DNA of 64,000 nt from Candidatus Omnitrophota bacterium (GCA_903944345.1 CAJARJ010000013.1:58672-122671); one strand, 5' to 3'; shown: positions 1 to 11,618, numbered from the stretch's first letter. The notes: generated by a model from the letters alone, not told the origin. Translations and numbers: made by a program.

Positions 1-3000
1 TGTGCGGCTTTAGTCTGCGAACGAGGCTTCGCTGAATCCGTAAACTTAAGCGGAACAGCGATCAAAGGGTTAACCCCCGATTCGGCAAAAGCATAATAAA
101 TACTGGCTACGGAAGCATAGGCATTGGGCGTCATCCAGTCATGCCCGGTTGGCTGGTTAGCAGCGATACGTCCATCTTTATAAACCGCATAAGGAGCAAC
201 CAGTCCGCCGTCTTTCTGTATATAGAATCCGCCAACTTCTTTCTTGAGAGCTTCATAACGCTTTTGATAATCGGACTTCTTTTCTCCGGTATGTTGTTCG
301 CTCATCCATTTGTACAACACGGCCATTTGCGACGACCACTCGGGAGATATAATGCCGCGGCTCCTGGATTCGGGGGAAAAACTAAATCCCACGAGTATCG
401 TCCCGTCATAAACTCCGGTCAACTTTTCAGTTGTGGCAATCATGGCATCGAGTTCGGCTAAACGATCTTCCCTGGTAGCGCCAAGGCTTGTGTCAGCCAG
501 CATACGCTCTTTCGGTGCCCACGCCGTAGTATCAGGGGCAAATTTACTCAAAGGATCCCTCGTCCACTGGCCATCCTTAAAAACAGCTCCTCTACGAAAA
601 ACGTGATTCTCACGATCATACATTTCAGTGATAAGCCAGTTATAACTTCTGTCCGCGGCCTGACCGTAAGCTTTTTCTTTGGTCACCTGATACAAATTAT
701 CCCAGGCATATAATGAACTTTCATTAGCTTCTGTAGATTTAAGATTCCAGAAAAAATGCTTATCCCCGTTATCCCGGTACTGCCCCTTGGGGCCAAAACG
801 CACGCCACCGTCAGCATCCTGGAGCTTCCGTAAAAAATCTGCGCGTTCCCTGGAAAATTGTAGAAAAACAGGATCCTTGGTTGCAACATAATTATGAATA
901 CCTGCCAACCCGCCCCAGGCATTGTCGCCCGCTGTTACCCTAAACTCCCAGGAACTCTCCCATTTAGGCTGTCCGGGAAGATTCTCAAAATGGCTGGTAC
1001 GAACATTATTGATAATACCGTTGGCCGGCGAATAATTGGCATCCATAGTTACAGGAGCCGCCTCTGTCGGGGAAGCTGTCCTGTTGGCGGCATATGTCCG
1101 CATGATGCGCAGTGCCTCGGGGCTGCCCGCACCAACAATAGCTCGTAAAAACTGATCATAGGCCTGCGTACCTAACTTTTTGATCGGATCCTCGTCACCA
1201 ATATGGCTGGCTACAAGCCCCGTTTGAGGATTTGCTTGAGCACGAAACAAAGCATCATACTTTTGGGCAATCGCTATGGGGACAACGGCAGGGCGGACAG
1301 CAGCTGATCCGGTCAGAGCTCCGGGAGCAACCGTTACCGCAGAGACCTTGCTTTGCCGGCCAGCAGCTTGTGATTCACTAGGAACAAGTCTCCCGGTCGG
1401 AACATTCTCTTGCTTTGAATCAAAGATAATCAACCTTTTGTCCCCTTCCAGTTTGGATGGATCAACCGGTACAGCTTTGACCCGTCCTTCAATCATCAGC
1501 CTGACCAGACCGGATTCAGGCTTGATCCCGGCGGCTTTTTGCTCGGGGCTCAAAACATTGCCCTTGGCATAAATCTCAAATTTTCCCGTGGCACGGTTCT
1601 CGATCTCGAATCCACCGTCAAATCTGGTCTGTAAAACAACAAGCCGGTGCTCGAGATTACGAATGCCCGGTTCAAAAAGATCGGTCACCCGGCCATTGCT
1701 GACTCTGACCATCATGTCGCCCGTAACAACGATCGGTTCGCTGTCCCCTTTAATGGTAACCTTCTGACCAACGATCCCCGAACCGGCAAATCTGGCCGGA
1801 CGAAAATCAGCAGCCGACTCCAGCGATGTCAGCTTTCCTGTCGCAACATTGATGGCCACCCCTTCATTCTCGATATACCCCGCATACCGGACAGCCAGCT
1901 CACGCTCTTTGGCTTTCAGCTGGTCATACCAGAGTTTCTTGGTCCTTGAGGAAGGATCAAAAACCCCGAATTGCTTGCCGGACGAAGGAAGCTGGATAAG
2001 AACAGTGTCATCAATCTGATAGGTTATGCCTTCTATAGTAACTGAAATCCCAGTTTCGGTCTTTTGTGCGCCTGCTGTTTTGCGTAACAATTCAAATTCA
2101 GCCGGCTTGAGCCACTTGACCACCTTGAACTGGCTGGTACCGCTGACGGGCTCGCTCAGAGTACCGTCAAAATGCCTGACCCAGCCCGACATGGCCTCGC
2201 CCTCGGCTTCAATATCCTGAAGCAGTTGTCCGGCCTGGAACATGTAGCCGTTAACCTTGGTGGCAGCAAAGCCCTTGACCCTTAAATCTTCTGATAAAGG
2301 ACGACCGTCGAAATCCACCTTGTCCGCGCGTTCCGCCAGGGTTTCAGGCTTGCCCAGCATATTGCGCCAGGAACGCAGGGTCATTCTTAACTGGTCACCG
2401 GTATAATCAACAATAATTGCTCCGGCTTCCTGTAAAAGCGATTTTGGAGAATGCCGGCGTGTTTGTTCCGGCGTTAACGGCTTGCCAATTTCTTTTGGCA
2501 AATACTGTCCCCCGGCAGGAAGCTGCTGAAGGAGATTAAGTTCACGCGGATCTGTTATAACGCGAATCATTTCACCACTGATCGGGTGACGCAGTCCGCC
2601 GTAAACCTTCTTGCCGTCAGAACCCTTGCCTTCAAGCACCGCCATTTCATTGGCCAGAGATTCGCGCGAAACCAAAGGCTTTATAACAACTGTCTTCAGT
2701 CCGGCCTGGGCACCTGCTTCGGCTTTAATAAATCCGTGTGTCAGAAAAGCCGGGGAAGCAAAAACCTCACGCGCCTGAACCTGACCATCTCCCTGAAGGC
2801 GCAGCATATAACCTTTGACTGTTCCACGGTAATGCACCTTGTCCTCGCCCTGCGCGGTGGGTTGAACATCGTAACCGTTCTCATCATTGCGGACATATTT
2901 TGTATTGGGATCTGTAATTTCAAAAAGTTCGATAAAAACCACATCATCGCGCGCCGCCGGTTTATTGGCCGCGGAATATTCAAAAGCCATTTGATACAAA

Positions 3001-6000
3001 CCATATTGCATCTGCTCGCCCGCATTCTCGAATGGAAAACGCAAATTGACATTTCCCATCAACTGCCACAAAGGAGTAACACCTTTGAATGTAATGCGGT
3101 CAAAAAATCCAGGGATAGCGCGCAAAGAATCGTACAGACCCACACTAAACACTGTCTTTCTCTGCATCTGATTCTCTTCGTTAGCAGCCTCGACATCGGT
3201 CCAGTTAATCGTAAGCGTATTGATAATCCCTTGAACCGGATCTTTGTCCGTATGATACAGCTTGGTCTGGTTACGGTTGGGGTGCATGAGGCCGTAATTA
3301 TAAAGTTCCATACCGATATCCAGAAGACGCAATGGCCCCAGAACCGTGGAAATATCAGAAATCGGAGCACCATTGACAGTGCCACCGAACCCTTTAACAA
3401 TCTGGGTGGCTTCAGCAACGCTCTTGAAAGGATGATTGATATTAAGCATGAACCCCAGAGAAGGATCACCGCTCGGGGTTCCAAGAGGAACTGAAGCCAG
3501 AGGATAATTATAATCCATGACCCAGGTCAGGCTGGCTGGCAAATCCTGCGCACCAAATCCCACGCCACCCAAGGCTTGCAGTCTGCGCATTTCCTGGGTA
3601 AGAAACATATGCTGCTGGGTAAAAGTCTTTTTCTTTTCTTCGGCAATCCGTGCTTTGGAGCGGGCTTGTTCCTGTTCGTAAGCCTGCCGGGCTTTTCTGG
3701 TTTGTTCCTGTTCCCGGCGCATTTCTGCTGCCTGGGTTTTTCTTTGGGCCAGAGTTTCTACCACATCAGCCAGTTCCTCGGCGATTTCCATCCGCCCGGG
3801 AGCTTTTCTGACGGCGTCTCTGGCAGTGTCAAAACGTTTAAAATAACCGGGGTCTCCCTGTTCACTGACGCCTCTCCATGCAGCCAGCGCGCGTCTTTCA
3901 TCTCCCCCGGCATCCTTCAAATGCAAACGGATCAGTTCTTTGGCAAATTTCTTGTAGGCGGGGCCGAATTTAACCGGATCAAAACCGCCTGTCCCGCCAT
4001 AGTCAAAATCAGGATTGTACCCGGGGCTTCCAATTCTGCCCGTATGCTTGAAAAACTGTTTGTAAATTGGCTCCAAAACCTGACGGAAGAAATCAGCCGA
4101 CTCTTTGGACATCCGGCCTCGTGCCACGGTATCTCGAGCCAGCGTATAAGTGATCTGAACCGGGAAGGCGGCAGAAGAGACTTTTCCGGATTTGGGATCA
4201 CCAAAAGTGCGAATCCAGGGATTATCCAGGCCTGCGGTTTCCGCATACTGGATAGAAAAATACATGGCCGAAACCGTTGCCTCCAGATCATTAAGGCTGT
4301 CCATCGACTCAATTGATCTGAAATATTCAGCCTCCTCATCCAGCGTAGAGCGGTTTGCCGATACCGGCAAAAGAGTTCTCCTGCTGGCATCTCTGGCCTC
4401 TTCGACATCTCTGGCATCAGTCGCCGGCTTGACTGACGGAGCCGAACCTGCAGATTCAATATAAGCCGTGATCACTTTCCCATTCGCCGGACGTATCCCT
4501 CTGGGAAGCTCCATATTCAAATTGGCCACCGGCTCAAGCCGAATCCAGGTGCCCGCACGAAACACCTTGGAAGCCCCGGCCACTTGTAATTCCCGCTTTG
4601 TTAAAGGATCATTTGCCCCCAGTTGACGCCAGGTTCCGTCTTTAAAATCAACCGCCTGTTCCCGGACTTCTCCGCTGAAACGATCAATAACCGCAACAGC
4701 CTGCGTCTCTGCGGCGGGGGCAACAGTCGATGCCCCTGCGGCCACAGCACTGCTCACACTTGACGCCGCACGGGCGCCTAACTCTCTGGATGTCGCGACC
4801 CCCTGGGCAAGAGTGCTGTCGGTGTATCCGGCAACAACCATTTTCTTGCCCTGATAAAGCACTGTGCGAACCACCATATCTTTCATATCAGCATCCGAAG
4901 AGCTGTATTCTCTTAACAGAACCCGGGCATCCAGATCTGAAAGGTTACGAAGGCCCTGCGCGGTATTGATAACGCCTATGCCAAGATCCCTCGCACGCAC
5001 CAGCTCACCTGACGCGGCAGTCAGAACACCGGAAGAATTAAAACGATCCACCAGATTAATTTTTGTCTGGTCTGACGGAGAAACGGGTTGACCGGAGGTT
5101 GGCTGTCCTCCGGCAACTGCCAGAACATCGGGCAGATGCAGCATATCCGGCCCTGCGGAAGGAGGAATTGTTTGCACCTCTGCAACCGGAGTTGGCGCGG
5201 GAGCCTGTTGCGCAATGGCTGCTGCGGCAGGAGCCACGGCACTGGACACTTGCAACGCCAACATTAAAGAAAGAACCCATTTACGCCAACCGAACACGGA
5301 AGTTCGAGGCGACTTCCCGCGGGATTGCCAGATACGGGAGAATTCGGTGAGAGCATACGCTCCCATAAGCCTGAGCGACATAAAATACGGCGACCATGTT
5401 TTGGGACTGGCGGCAGTCGAAAAACGATCGCTGGTTGTACGAAAATCATAAAGCTCGCGCAAGATAGCTTTCTTGACATCCCGGCCCAGGGCACTGCGAT
5501 TAAGCCTCGCAATCACCGCCTCATTGGCCAAATCCTTGAATGTAACCCGGGCCTTGAGCAGTTCAACCTGTAAAGCGGCTCTCTGCTTGGGGGTTAATAC
5601 GCCCTTTGCAGCCATCGCGGCAAGCCCGCGGAAAGGCAAATCTGTTTTAACCAGCCATCTGGCGGCATTACGGTGAGCCTGAACAATATTTTTGGCCTCA
5701 CCATAGCTCTCATCATGCCAGGCACGCACATCGTCAACCGTAGAAAAAGCTCCCTCGGTACGCACCGGAACATACGCTTGCATCTGTAAAACCAGCCGGG
5801 CTGCTATGTCCAGCGGCTGTGCCCCACGGATGCCCGAAAAATAATCTCCGGGTGCCCACTCAAACCACATGGTCTCGGCCTTGCCGCGAGCGAGTCTTTT
5901 CTGCCTGGCATCAGCCAGCTGTTTACGGGTGTTTGCGATCAGCTGACGGACACGTTGCAGCCGATTTTGCACCGACTGTCTTTTTGCCGAAACTAAAGCT

Positions 6001-7217
6001 GCATCCTTTTTTTGCTGCGCTGCAGAAGCGGAAGCCGGAGCGGCTATCATAGCTCCGTCTGTTGTCTGCAAACCGACACTGGTAACCGAGATTTCGGCGG
6101 CCGCAGGCGCAACAACCGCCATCGCTTCAGCAAAAGAAACCGAAGGATTGATGATATTCGGGCCAATCGCCGTAATACCACCCGAGAAATACTTCCTGGG
6201 CAGCAGCTCACGCGACCCCTCGTCCCATTCCTCTTTGACGTAATTAAAAACTCCGGCCTTGTACGCTTCCATGTACTGCCGGTAAATGCGCTCCTTGGAC
6301 TGAGGGTCATTGAGTTCAATGCCCCCGACCTTGCCAGTGTCCGCGTAAACCTGGCCAAGCAGGCTGTTCATAAGATTCTGCTTGAACCATGTGGCCATGA
6401 TCATGGAGTTGTACGCCTGACGCAACGCCGCAAAATGCGCCCCGCTATTGACCTCCTGCTCGATCACAGGAATAACAACATCACGCATAACATCAGAGGC
6501 CATCTGGGAGGAAGGCTCGGCAACCCCGGCATCCGCAATGCCAGCCGACTGCTTGACCGCTGAATCCCGGCCTGCCAAAAAGTCCTGTTCAAGCATCACC
6601 TTCAGGTGGCTCTTGACCAGAATAGCCGTATCATTCTTTTGATAAATATCTGCCTTGTCGGCCGTGATCCATACCTTGTTGAAAGTATCGACCGGAATAT
6701 CTGTTGTCCCAAAACGGGCATAAGCGCGGGCATAAATACGAGACCAGAACTCTTTTCCGGGAGAACTCTCCGGGAAAAGCAGCGAAGAAGTAAACTGCTT
6801 GAGCAGATAATCCTGCTCAAGCAAATCGCGTCCCATTTCGGTCATGGAAAAATTGTCAGGGATAATGCGCTCGGACTCTCTGGGAGACAGGTTAACCCAC
6901 ATATCCTGATTGGGAATAACCAGCGAAGCCATGAAATACTTGATCAGTTTGCGATACTCCAGCTCGCGTTCCTGCTGCTCAAGCTTGCGGTCGCCATCTT
7001 TCATGATGAAATAAAGATTAAACGGATTTTTGACATCCACGCGCATCCCCATCATGACGGGAGGATTTAAAGCGGGACTGGTGGCAAGCATTTGCCCTGG
7101 AGCAGGGGTAAGGGTTTGGGCATAACCGGATTGGGAAGGAATACTGCTCAGATAGGCAACCAGCACAAAAATCGCGATCATCTTGAAACAACGGCTATGC
7201 AGTAATCTCTGAAACAT
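1..7217 (-). CDS. Giant secreted protein (>2,400 aa, 3' end beyond the window); founding member P1 of the paralogous family; ATG at 7217, signal-peptide-like N-terminus, conserved N-domain, then a long charged coiled-coil region
   Basis: I translated the reverse strand from the ATG at 7217 by hand: MFQRLLHSRCFKMIAIFVLVAYLSS..GMRVDVKNPFNLYF..WVNLSPRESERIIPDNF..FGTTDIPVDTFNKVWITADKADIY..NSMIMATWFK..PRKYFSGG. This frame has no stop anywhere in the window and no minus-frame-2 ORF appears in the track. Codons around 3600-3800 read ..EIAEELADVVETLAQRKTQAAEMRREQEQTRKARQAYEQEQARSKARIAEEKKK.., a coiled coil. Confidence 0.75.
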   Translation of the reverse strand, partial: MFQRLLHSRCFKMIAIFVLVAYLSSIPSQSGYAQTLTPAPGQMLATSPALNPPVMMGMRVDVKNPFNLYFIMKDGDRKLEQQERELEYRKLIKYFMASLVIPNQDMWVNLSPRESERIIPDNFSMTEMGRDLLEQDYLLKQFTSSLLFPESSPGKEFWSRIYARAYARFGTTDIPVDTFNKVWITADKADIYQKNDTAILVKSHLKVMLEQDFLAGRDSAVKQSAGIADAGVAEPSSQMASDVMRDVVIPVIEQEVNSGAHFAALRQAYNSMIMATWFKQNLMNSLLGQVYADTGKVGGIELNDPQSKERIYRQYMEAYKAGVFNYVKEEWDEGSRELLPRKYFSGGITAIGPNIINPSVSFAEAMAVVAPAAAEISVTSVGLQTTDGAMIAAPASASAAQQKKDAALVSAKRQSVQNRLQRVRQLIANTRKQLADARQKRLARGKAETMWFEWAPGDYFSGIRGAQPLDIAARLVLQMQAYVPVRTEGAFSTVDDVRAWHDESYGEAKNIVQAHRNAARWLVKTDLPFRGLAAMAAKGVLTPKQRAALQVELLKARVTFKDLANEAVIARLNRSALGRDVKKAILRELYDFRTTSDRFSTAASPKTWSPYFMSLRLMGAYALTEFSRIWQSRGKSPRTSVFGWRKWVLSLMLALQVSSAVAPAAAAIAQQAPAPTPVAEVQTIPPSAGPDMLHLPDVLAVAGGQPTSGQPVSPSDQTKINLVDRFNSSGVLTAASGELVRARDLGIGVINTAQGLRNLSDLDARVLLREYSSSDADMKDMVVRTVLYQGKKMVVAGYTDSTLAQGVATSRELGARAASSVSSAVAAGASTVAPAAETQAVAVIDRFSGEVREQAVDFKDGTWRQLGANDPLTKRELQVAGASKVFRAGTWIRLEPVANLNMELPRGIRPANGKVITAYIESAGSAPSVKPATDARDVEEARDASRRTLLPVSANRSTLDEEAEYFRSIESMDSLNDLEATVSAMYFSIQYAETAGLDNPWIRTFGDPKSGKVSSAAFPVQITYTLARDTVARGRMSKESADFFRQVLEPIYKQFFKHTGRIGSPGYNPDFDYGGTGGFDPVKFGPAYKKFAKELIRLHLKDAGGDERRALAAWRGVSEQGDPGYFKRFDTARDAVRKAPGRMEIAEELADVVETLAQRKTQAAEMRREQEQTRKARQAYEQEQARSKARIAEEKKKTFTQQHMFLTQEMRRLQALGGVGFGAQDLPASLTWVMDYNYPLASVPLGTPSGDPSLGFMLNINHPFKSVAEATQIVKGFGGTVNGAPISDISTVLGPLRLLDIGMELYNYGLMHPNRNQTKLYHTDKDPVQGIINTLTINWTDVEAANEENQMQRKTVFSVGLYDSLRAIPGFFDRITFKGVTPLWQLMGNVNLRFPFENAGEQMQYGLYQMAFEYSAANKPAARDDVVFIELFEITDPNTKYVRNDENGYDVQPTAQGEDKVHYRGTVKGYMLRLQGDGQVQAREVFASPAFLTHGFIKAEAGAQAGLKTVVIKPLVSRESLANEMAVLEGKGSDGKKVYGGLRHPISGEMIRVITDPRELNLLQQLPAGGQYLPKEIGKPLTPEQTRRHSPKSLLQEAGAIIVDYTGDQLRMTLRSWRNMLGKPETLAERADKVDFDGRPLSEDLRVKGFAATKVNGYMFQAGQLLQDIEAEGEAMSGWVRHFDGTLSEPVSGTSQFKVVKWLKPAEFELLRKTAGAQKTETGISVTIEGITYQIDDTVLIQLPSSGKQFGVFDPSSRTKKLWYDQLKAKERELAVRYAGYIENEGVAINVATGKLTSLESAADFRPARFAGSGIVGQKVTIKGDSEPIVVTGDMMVRVSNGRVTDLFEPGIRNLEHRLVVLQTRFDGGFEIENRATGKFEIYAKGNVLSPEQKAAGIKPESGLVRLMIEGRVKAVPVDPSKLEGDKRLIIFDSKQENVPTGRLVPSESQAAGRQSKVSAVTVAPGALTGSAAVRPAVVPIAIAQKYDALFRAQANPQTGLVASHIGDEDPIKKLGTQAYDQFLRAIVGAGSPEALRIMRTYAANRTASPTEAAPVTMDANYSPANGIINNVRTSHFENLPGQPKWESSWEFRVTAGDNAWGGLAGIHNYVATKDPVFLQFSRERADFLRKLQDADGGVRFGPKGQYRDNGDKHFFWNLKSTEANESSLYAWDNLYQVTKEKAYGQAADRSYNWLITEMYDRENHVFRRGAVFKDGQWTRDPLSKFAPDTTAWAPKERMLADTSLGATREDRLAELDAMIATTEKLTGVYDGTILVGFSFSPESRSRGIISPEWSSQMAVLYKWMSEQHTGEKKSDYQKRYEALKKEVGGFYIQKDGGLVAPYAVYKDGRIAANQPTGHDWMTPNAYASVASIYYAFAESGVNPLIAVPLKFTDSAKPRSQTKAA

Positions 7218-7409
7218 AAGTCACATCCCGGTAGAGATTGTCAGATTCCGGTTAAAGACCAGCGTCTTCTCTTATAAACAGCTATATTGCGAAGTTTTAT
7301 CCTTTACATGTATATACTATAAGTGAGATAAAAGCAAGTCCCGGAAATTAATACATGTCAAAAGAATGTAACGAATGCTTTATTCTGAAGAATTAAGGGG
7401 ACAAAAAGA

Positions 7410-8153
7410 CTAATAGACAACTTCTTGCAAGCAAAGACCCCACGGCGGAACAGCCAGTCCGGCCGCACTGCGATCCCTGCGTTCCAGAATGGTCTTCAGG
7501 CTTCCGGGCGGGAAACGACCCGCACCAACCTCGATCAGGGTTCCGGCAATATTACGCACCATCTTGTAGAGAAAACCGTCTGCCGTTATGGTGATAAAAA
7601 TCCTGTCTGCATCGCGGGTAATATCCAGCCGGCTGACCGTACGCACCGCGTCTCCCTTGCGAGACGGATCAGAGTTGGCAAAACTGCTGAAATCTATTGT
7701 CCCAACCAGAAGCGTCGCTTCAGCCTGCATTAGAGCTAAATCCAGCCGGCGCGGAAAATAGTACATGGTCCGCCGGTCCAAAGCTGACGGATAAGAACGA
7801 TTCAGAATCGTGTACTGGTACGTTTTGGATTTGGCCGACAGCTGGGCATGAAAACGAAGAGAAACTTCTTCGACCTTATGAATAGTGATATCGGGAGGGA
7901 GATTGAAATTAAGCGCCCGGCCTATCTCGTCTGCGGGCATGTCGGTCTCGGACAAAAAATGCGCTACCTGACCCCGTGCGTGAACACCCCGGTCTGTACG
8001 ACCAGAACCGACCAGCACAACCCGGGGCTTTTTGAAAATACGAGAGAGTACCTTCTCCATCTCGCCCTGGATAGTCCGCGGAGCATTAGTCTGCGACTGC
8101 CAGCCATGGAACTCCGTGCCGTCATACTCGATAGTGAGTTTGAAATTACGCAT
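7410..8153 (-). CDS. truA: tRNA pseudouridine(38-40) synthase TruA
   Basis: 247 aa with ATG start; typical TruA sequence (KLTIEYDGTEFHGWQ.., RTDRGVHA, YKMVRNIAG). Confidence 0.9.
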   Translation of the reverse strand: MRNFKLTIEYDGTEFHGWQSQTNAPRTIQGEMEKVLSRIFKKPRVVLVGSGRTDRGVHARGQVAHFLSETDMPADEIGRALNFNLPPDITIHKVEEVSLRFHAQLSAKSKTYQYTILNRSYPSALDRRTMYYFPRRLDLALMQAEATLLVGTIDFSSFANSDPSRKGDAVRTVSRLDITRDADRIFITITADGFLYKMVRNIAGTLIEVGAGRFPPGSLKTILERRDRSAAGLAVPPWGLCLQEVVY

Positions 8154-8205
8154 GAACCCGCAGTAAAAGCAAGACTGCCTTTTACGGAGAACCTCCGGGA
8201 GAATC

Positions 8206-9189
8206 CTAGATCATACCGTACTCAACCAGTTTCTCCGCAATCTGGACCGCGTTAAGAGCCGCCCCCTTGCGCAGATTGTCGGAAACCACCCACAGATTAA
8301 GGCCATTGGCAATGCTCTCATCCTCACGAATACGTCCGACAAAAGTTTCGTCTTTGCCGTCAGCCAAGATAGGCATGGGATATTTCTTGGCAGCCGGATC
8401 ATCCACCACACAGACTCCCGGGGCGTTTTTCAATAACTCGATGGCCTTGGCCCTGGTCAGTTTCTTTTCGGTTTCGATATTCACAGACTCGCTATGCGAA
8501 TTAAAAACAGGAACCCGCACACAAGTGGCCGTCAATCTGATGGTGTTATCGTGCATGATCTTCATGGTCTCATTGACCATTTTCATCTCTTCTTTAGTAT
8601 AGGAATTCTCCACAAAAACATCAATCTGCGGGATCAGGTTATGCAGAATCTGGTACGCCAGCTTTTTGGGCACCAACTGTCCTTTAAGCTGATTGTTCAT
8701 CTCTTCGATAGCTTCGGAACCAGCACCTGAAATGGCCTGATAAGTAGACACCACAATACGCTTGATCCGGGCATAATCATGCAGAGGCTTGAGTGCCACA
8801 ACCATCTGGATGGTCGAACAATTAGGATTGGCAATAATCCCCTTGTGCCATTTGACATCCTCAGGGTTAACCTCGGGAACAACCAGAGGAACATCCTTGT
8901 CCATGCGAAACTGGCTGGTATTGTCGATCACCACCGCCCCGGCACGGGCCGCAACCGGCGACCATTCCTTGCTGATCTCAGCTCCCGGAGAACTGAGCAC
9001 TACATCAACTCCCTGGAATACCTCTGCAGTCAAAGGAAGCAAAGGCAGTCCATGCATTTCCCCCTTGGCTCCGCTGGGAGAAATAAGACGCAATTCGCTG
9101 ACCGGAAAATTGCGCTGTTTGACAATATCATACATGCACTGGCCGACTGCCGAACGTGCCCCGAGAATGGCCACAACATACTTTTTCAT
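8206..9189 (-). CDS. asd: Aspartate-semialdehyde dehydrogenase
   Basis: Asd-like over the full length ([10 protein letters not shown].., [28 protein letters not shown]). The track ORF starts at a TTG at 9201; the ATG at 9189 (MKKYVV) is the more likely start. Confidence 0.9.
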   Translation of the reverse strand: MKKYVVAILGARSAVGQCMYDIVKQRNFPVSELRLISPSGAKGEMHGLPLLPLTAEVFQGVDVVLSSPGAEISKEWSPVAARAGAVVIDNTSQFRMDKDVPLVVPEVNPEDVKWHKGIIANPNCSTIQMVVALKPLHDYARIKRIVVSTYQAISGAGSEAIEEMNNQLKGQLVPKKLAYQILHNLIPQIDVFVENSYTKEEMKMVNETMKIMHDNTIRLTATCVRVPVFNSHSESVNIETEKKLTRAKAIELLKNAPGVCVVDDPAAKKYPMPILADGKDETFVGRIREDESIANGLNLWVVSDNLRKGAALNAVQIAEKLVEYGMI

Positions 9190-9215
9190 ATAACCCCGCA
9201 AAAAATAACCCTTAC

Positions 9216-10271
9216 TTATAGACCTTTGACAACCAGATCCCCGACCTCGGTTGTTGAATACCCCATTTTGCCGGCCCCCAAATCCTTGATCTTGCCGGTG
9301 ACAACCTCACGAATGGATTTCTCCACTGCATCCGCCGCCTTTTCTTCTCCCAGCTCTCTGAGCATCAGAGCCGCCGCACCGATGGCCGCCAACGGATTGA
9401 TGATATTCTTTCCTGTATATTTGGGAGCTGAGCCGCCAATAGGCTCAAACATGGAAACGCCGTCAGGATTAACATTCCCGCCTGCCGCAATACCCATGCC
9501 GCCCTGGATCATGGCCGCGAGGTCCGTAATAATATCACCAAACATGTTGTCGGTCACAATCACATCAAACCATTCCGGGTTCTTGACCATCCACATGGTG
9601 ATCGCATCCACGTGCGCGTAATCGGTCTTGATATCAGGATACTCCTGTGCGACCAGATTGAACGTCCGCTGCCACAAATCAAAAGCATATGTCAGGACAT
9701 TAGTCTTTCCGCAAAGAGTCAGCTGCTTTTTACGGCCGTATTTACGTGTATATTCAAACGCGTAACGAACACAACGTTCGATCCCGAAACGGGTGTTGAT
9801 ACTTTCCTGAATGGCCACTTCCTGAAGGGTGTCCTTGAATAACTGTCCGCCCGCTCCGGCATACAACCCTTCAGAATTTTCACGAATGACCGTGAAATTG
9901 ATATCCGCCGGTCCTTTACCTTTAAGGGGACAGAACCGCTCGTCCAGCAACTGAACAGGACGAAGATTGATATACTGGTTCAGATCAAAACGAAGTTTGA
10001 GCAAGATGCCCTTCTCCAGGATGCCGGGTTTGACATCCGGATGGCCGATCGCTCCCAGGAACATCGCATCAAATTTCTTGAAATCCTCGACCGCGGAAGC
10101 CGGCAGAACTTCTCCGGTTCGCAAATAACGCTCTCCGCCAAAGTCAAAGTTGACCGTTTCATATTTGAAAGCGAATTTTGATGCTGCCGCTTCAAGAACT
10201 TTTAACCCTTCACGAACCACTTCAGGGCCTGTTCCGTCCCCTGGAATAACAGCGATCTTGTAACTATTCAT
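9216..10271 (-). CDS. 3-isopropylmalate dehydrogenase family protein (LeuB / tartrate-dehydrogenase-like decarboxylating dehydrogenase)
   Basis: 351 aa; [14 protein letters not shown]-terminus, ..NLRP.., [46 protein letters not shown]; ATG with an AGGGGGA ribosome-binding site. Confidence 0.75.
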   Translation of the reverse strand: MNSYKIAVIPGDGTGPEVVREGLKVLEAAASKFAFKYETVNFDFGGERYLRTGEVLPASAVEDFKKFDAMFLGAIGHPDVKPGILEKGILLKLRFDLNQYINLRPVQLLDERFCPLKGKGPADINFTVIRENSEGLYAGAGGQLFKDTLQEVAIQESINTRFGIERCVRYAFEYTRKYGRKKQLTLCGKTNVLTYAFDLWQRTFNLVAQEYPDIKTDYAHVDAITMWMVKNPEWFDVIVTDNMFGDIITDLAAMIQGGMGIAAGGNVNPDGVSMFEPIGGSAPKYTGKNIINPLAAIGAAALMLRELGEEKAADAVEKSIREVVTGKIKDLGAGKMGYSTTEVGDLVVKGL

Positions 10272-10286
10272 GCTTCCCCCTGTATA

Positions 10287-11531
10287 TTAAGCCTTGTATT
10301 TCCTGACCGCGAGGCAGGCATTATGACCGCCAAAACCAAGCGAGTTTGATATAGCCAAATCAACTTCCATTTTGCGCGCCTTGTTGGGAACGTAATCCAG
10401 ATCACAGTCAGGATCAGGCGTTGTGTAATTAATTGTCGGCGGAACAATCTGGTCGCGAATGGCCAGCACACAGGCCGCAAACTCGACCGCCCCGGCCGCA
10501 CCCAGAAGGTGACCGGTCATGGACTTGGTGGAACTGACGCACAACTTGCGGGCATGATCCCCGAAAGCCGTCTTGATCGCCAGGGTCTCAACCTTGTCGT
10601 TAAGATGCGTTGAAGTACCATGCGCGTTGATATAATCGACATCCTCTAATGAAGCCCCGGCGCCCTTGACCGCCTGGATCATTGCGCGGGCCGCACCATC
10701 GCCAGACGCTTCCGGAGCCGTAGAATGGAAGGCATCCGAAGTCTGACCAAAACCAACAACCTCCGCCAGAATTCTTGCGCCACGCTTGAGGGCATGACCC
10801 AATTCTTCCAGCGCCACAACACAAGCTCCTTCTCCCATAACAAAACCGTCACGGTCTTTATCAAACGGTCGACTGGCCTGTTCGGGGGCATCATTTCTGG
10901 TGGAAAGCGCTTTGAGCGCACAAAAACCGCCGACACCAAGAATAGAAATGGCCGCCTCTGTTCCTCCGGCAAACGCCACGTCAATCTCGCCGTACTGGAT
11001 CATCTTGTAAGCATCACCAATACAGGTTGTTCCGGTTGCACAGGCAGTCACAGAGCAGGTAGCCGGTCCCTTGGCCCCTGTTTCGATAGACACCTGTCCG
11101 GCGGCTTCGTTAATAATCATTTTGGGAATAAAGAAAGGCGATATCCTGCCCGGCCCTTTCTCTATATACTTTTGGTATTCTTCTTCCGCGGAACGAATGC
11201 ACCCGATACCACAACCAACCACAACTCCGACACGGGTCGGGTCAAGATTGGCCATAACAATCCCGGAATCCTGCAACATCTCCCGGGCGGCTACAACCGC
11301 GTACTGGACAAAAGACGAAATCTTGCGTGCGTCTTTGGAGCCGAAATGCTTTTCCGGTTCATACCCCTTGAGTTCTGCGGCAATTTTGGCGTCAAAAGCA
11401 GAAGCATCAAACTTTGTTATAGGCTTGACCCCGCTCTCGCCGCGTAAAAGACTGTCCCAAAAACTTTTGGTATCAAGACCGACCGGAGAAAGAACACCAA
11501 TCCCCGTAACAACAACGCGTTTTCTTTCCAT
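10287..11531 (-). CDS. fabF: Beta-ketoacyl-ACP synthase II
   Basis: 414 aa; [13 protein letters not shown], active-site region ..[11 protein letters not shown].., [16 protein letters not shown]. Confidence 0.9.
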   Translation of the reverse strand: MERKRVVVTGIGVLSPVGLDTKSFWDSLLRGESGVKPITKFDASAFDAKIAAELKGYEPEKHFGSKDARKISSFVQYAVVAAREMLQDSGIVMANLDPTRVGVVVGCGIGCIRSAEEEYQKYIEKGPGRISPFFIPKMIINEAAGQVSIETGAKGPATCSVTACATGTTCIGDAYKMIQYGEIDVAFAGGTEAAISILGVGGFCALKALSTRNDAPEQASRPFDKDRDGFVMGEGACVVALEELGHALKRGARILAEVVGFGQTSDAFHSTAPEASGDGAARAMIQAVKGAGASLEDVDYINAHGTSTHLNDKVETLAIKTAFGDHARKLCVSSTKSMTGHLLGAAGAVEFAACVLAIRDQIVPPTINYTTPDPDCDLDYVPNKARKMEVDLAISNSLGFGGHNACLAVRKYKA

Positions 11532-11556
11532 AGGACCCTTTTCTCTCTAAAAAGTG

Positions 11557-11582
11557 AACCCCGACAGGGACTGCCGGGGCAA
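11557..11582 (-). terminator. Candidate intrinsic terminator/attenuator between acpP and fabF (minus strand)
   Basis: On the minus strand: ccccggcag-tccc-ctgtcgggg hairpin (9 bp, one G:U) followed by ttcacttttt. Confidence 0.35.
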
Positions 11583-11618
11583 ACTATGACATCTGCAGGA
11601 CACCTAAGCCAGTTAAGC

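Noticed and set aside
2586-4459. Track ORFs of 246-302 aa on the plus strand and several on minus frame 1 inside 1..7217 (for example 2586..3494, 3576..4316, 3932..4459)
   Set aside because: They lie antisense or out of frame within the hand-verified continuous minus-frame-2 ORF of P1. They are low-complexity translations with no ribosome-binding sites, so I treat them as shadow ORFs of a GC-rich long gene.
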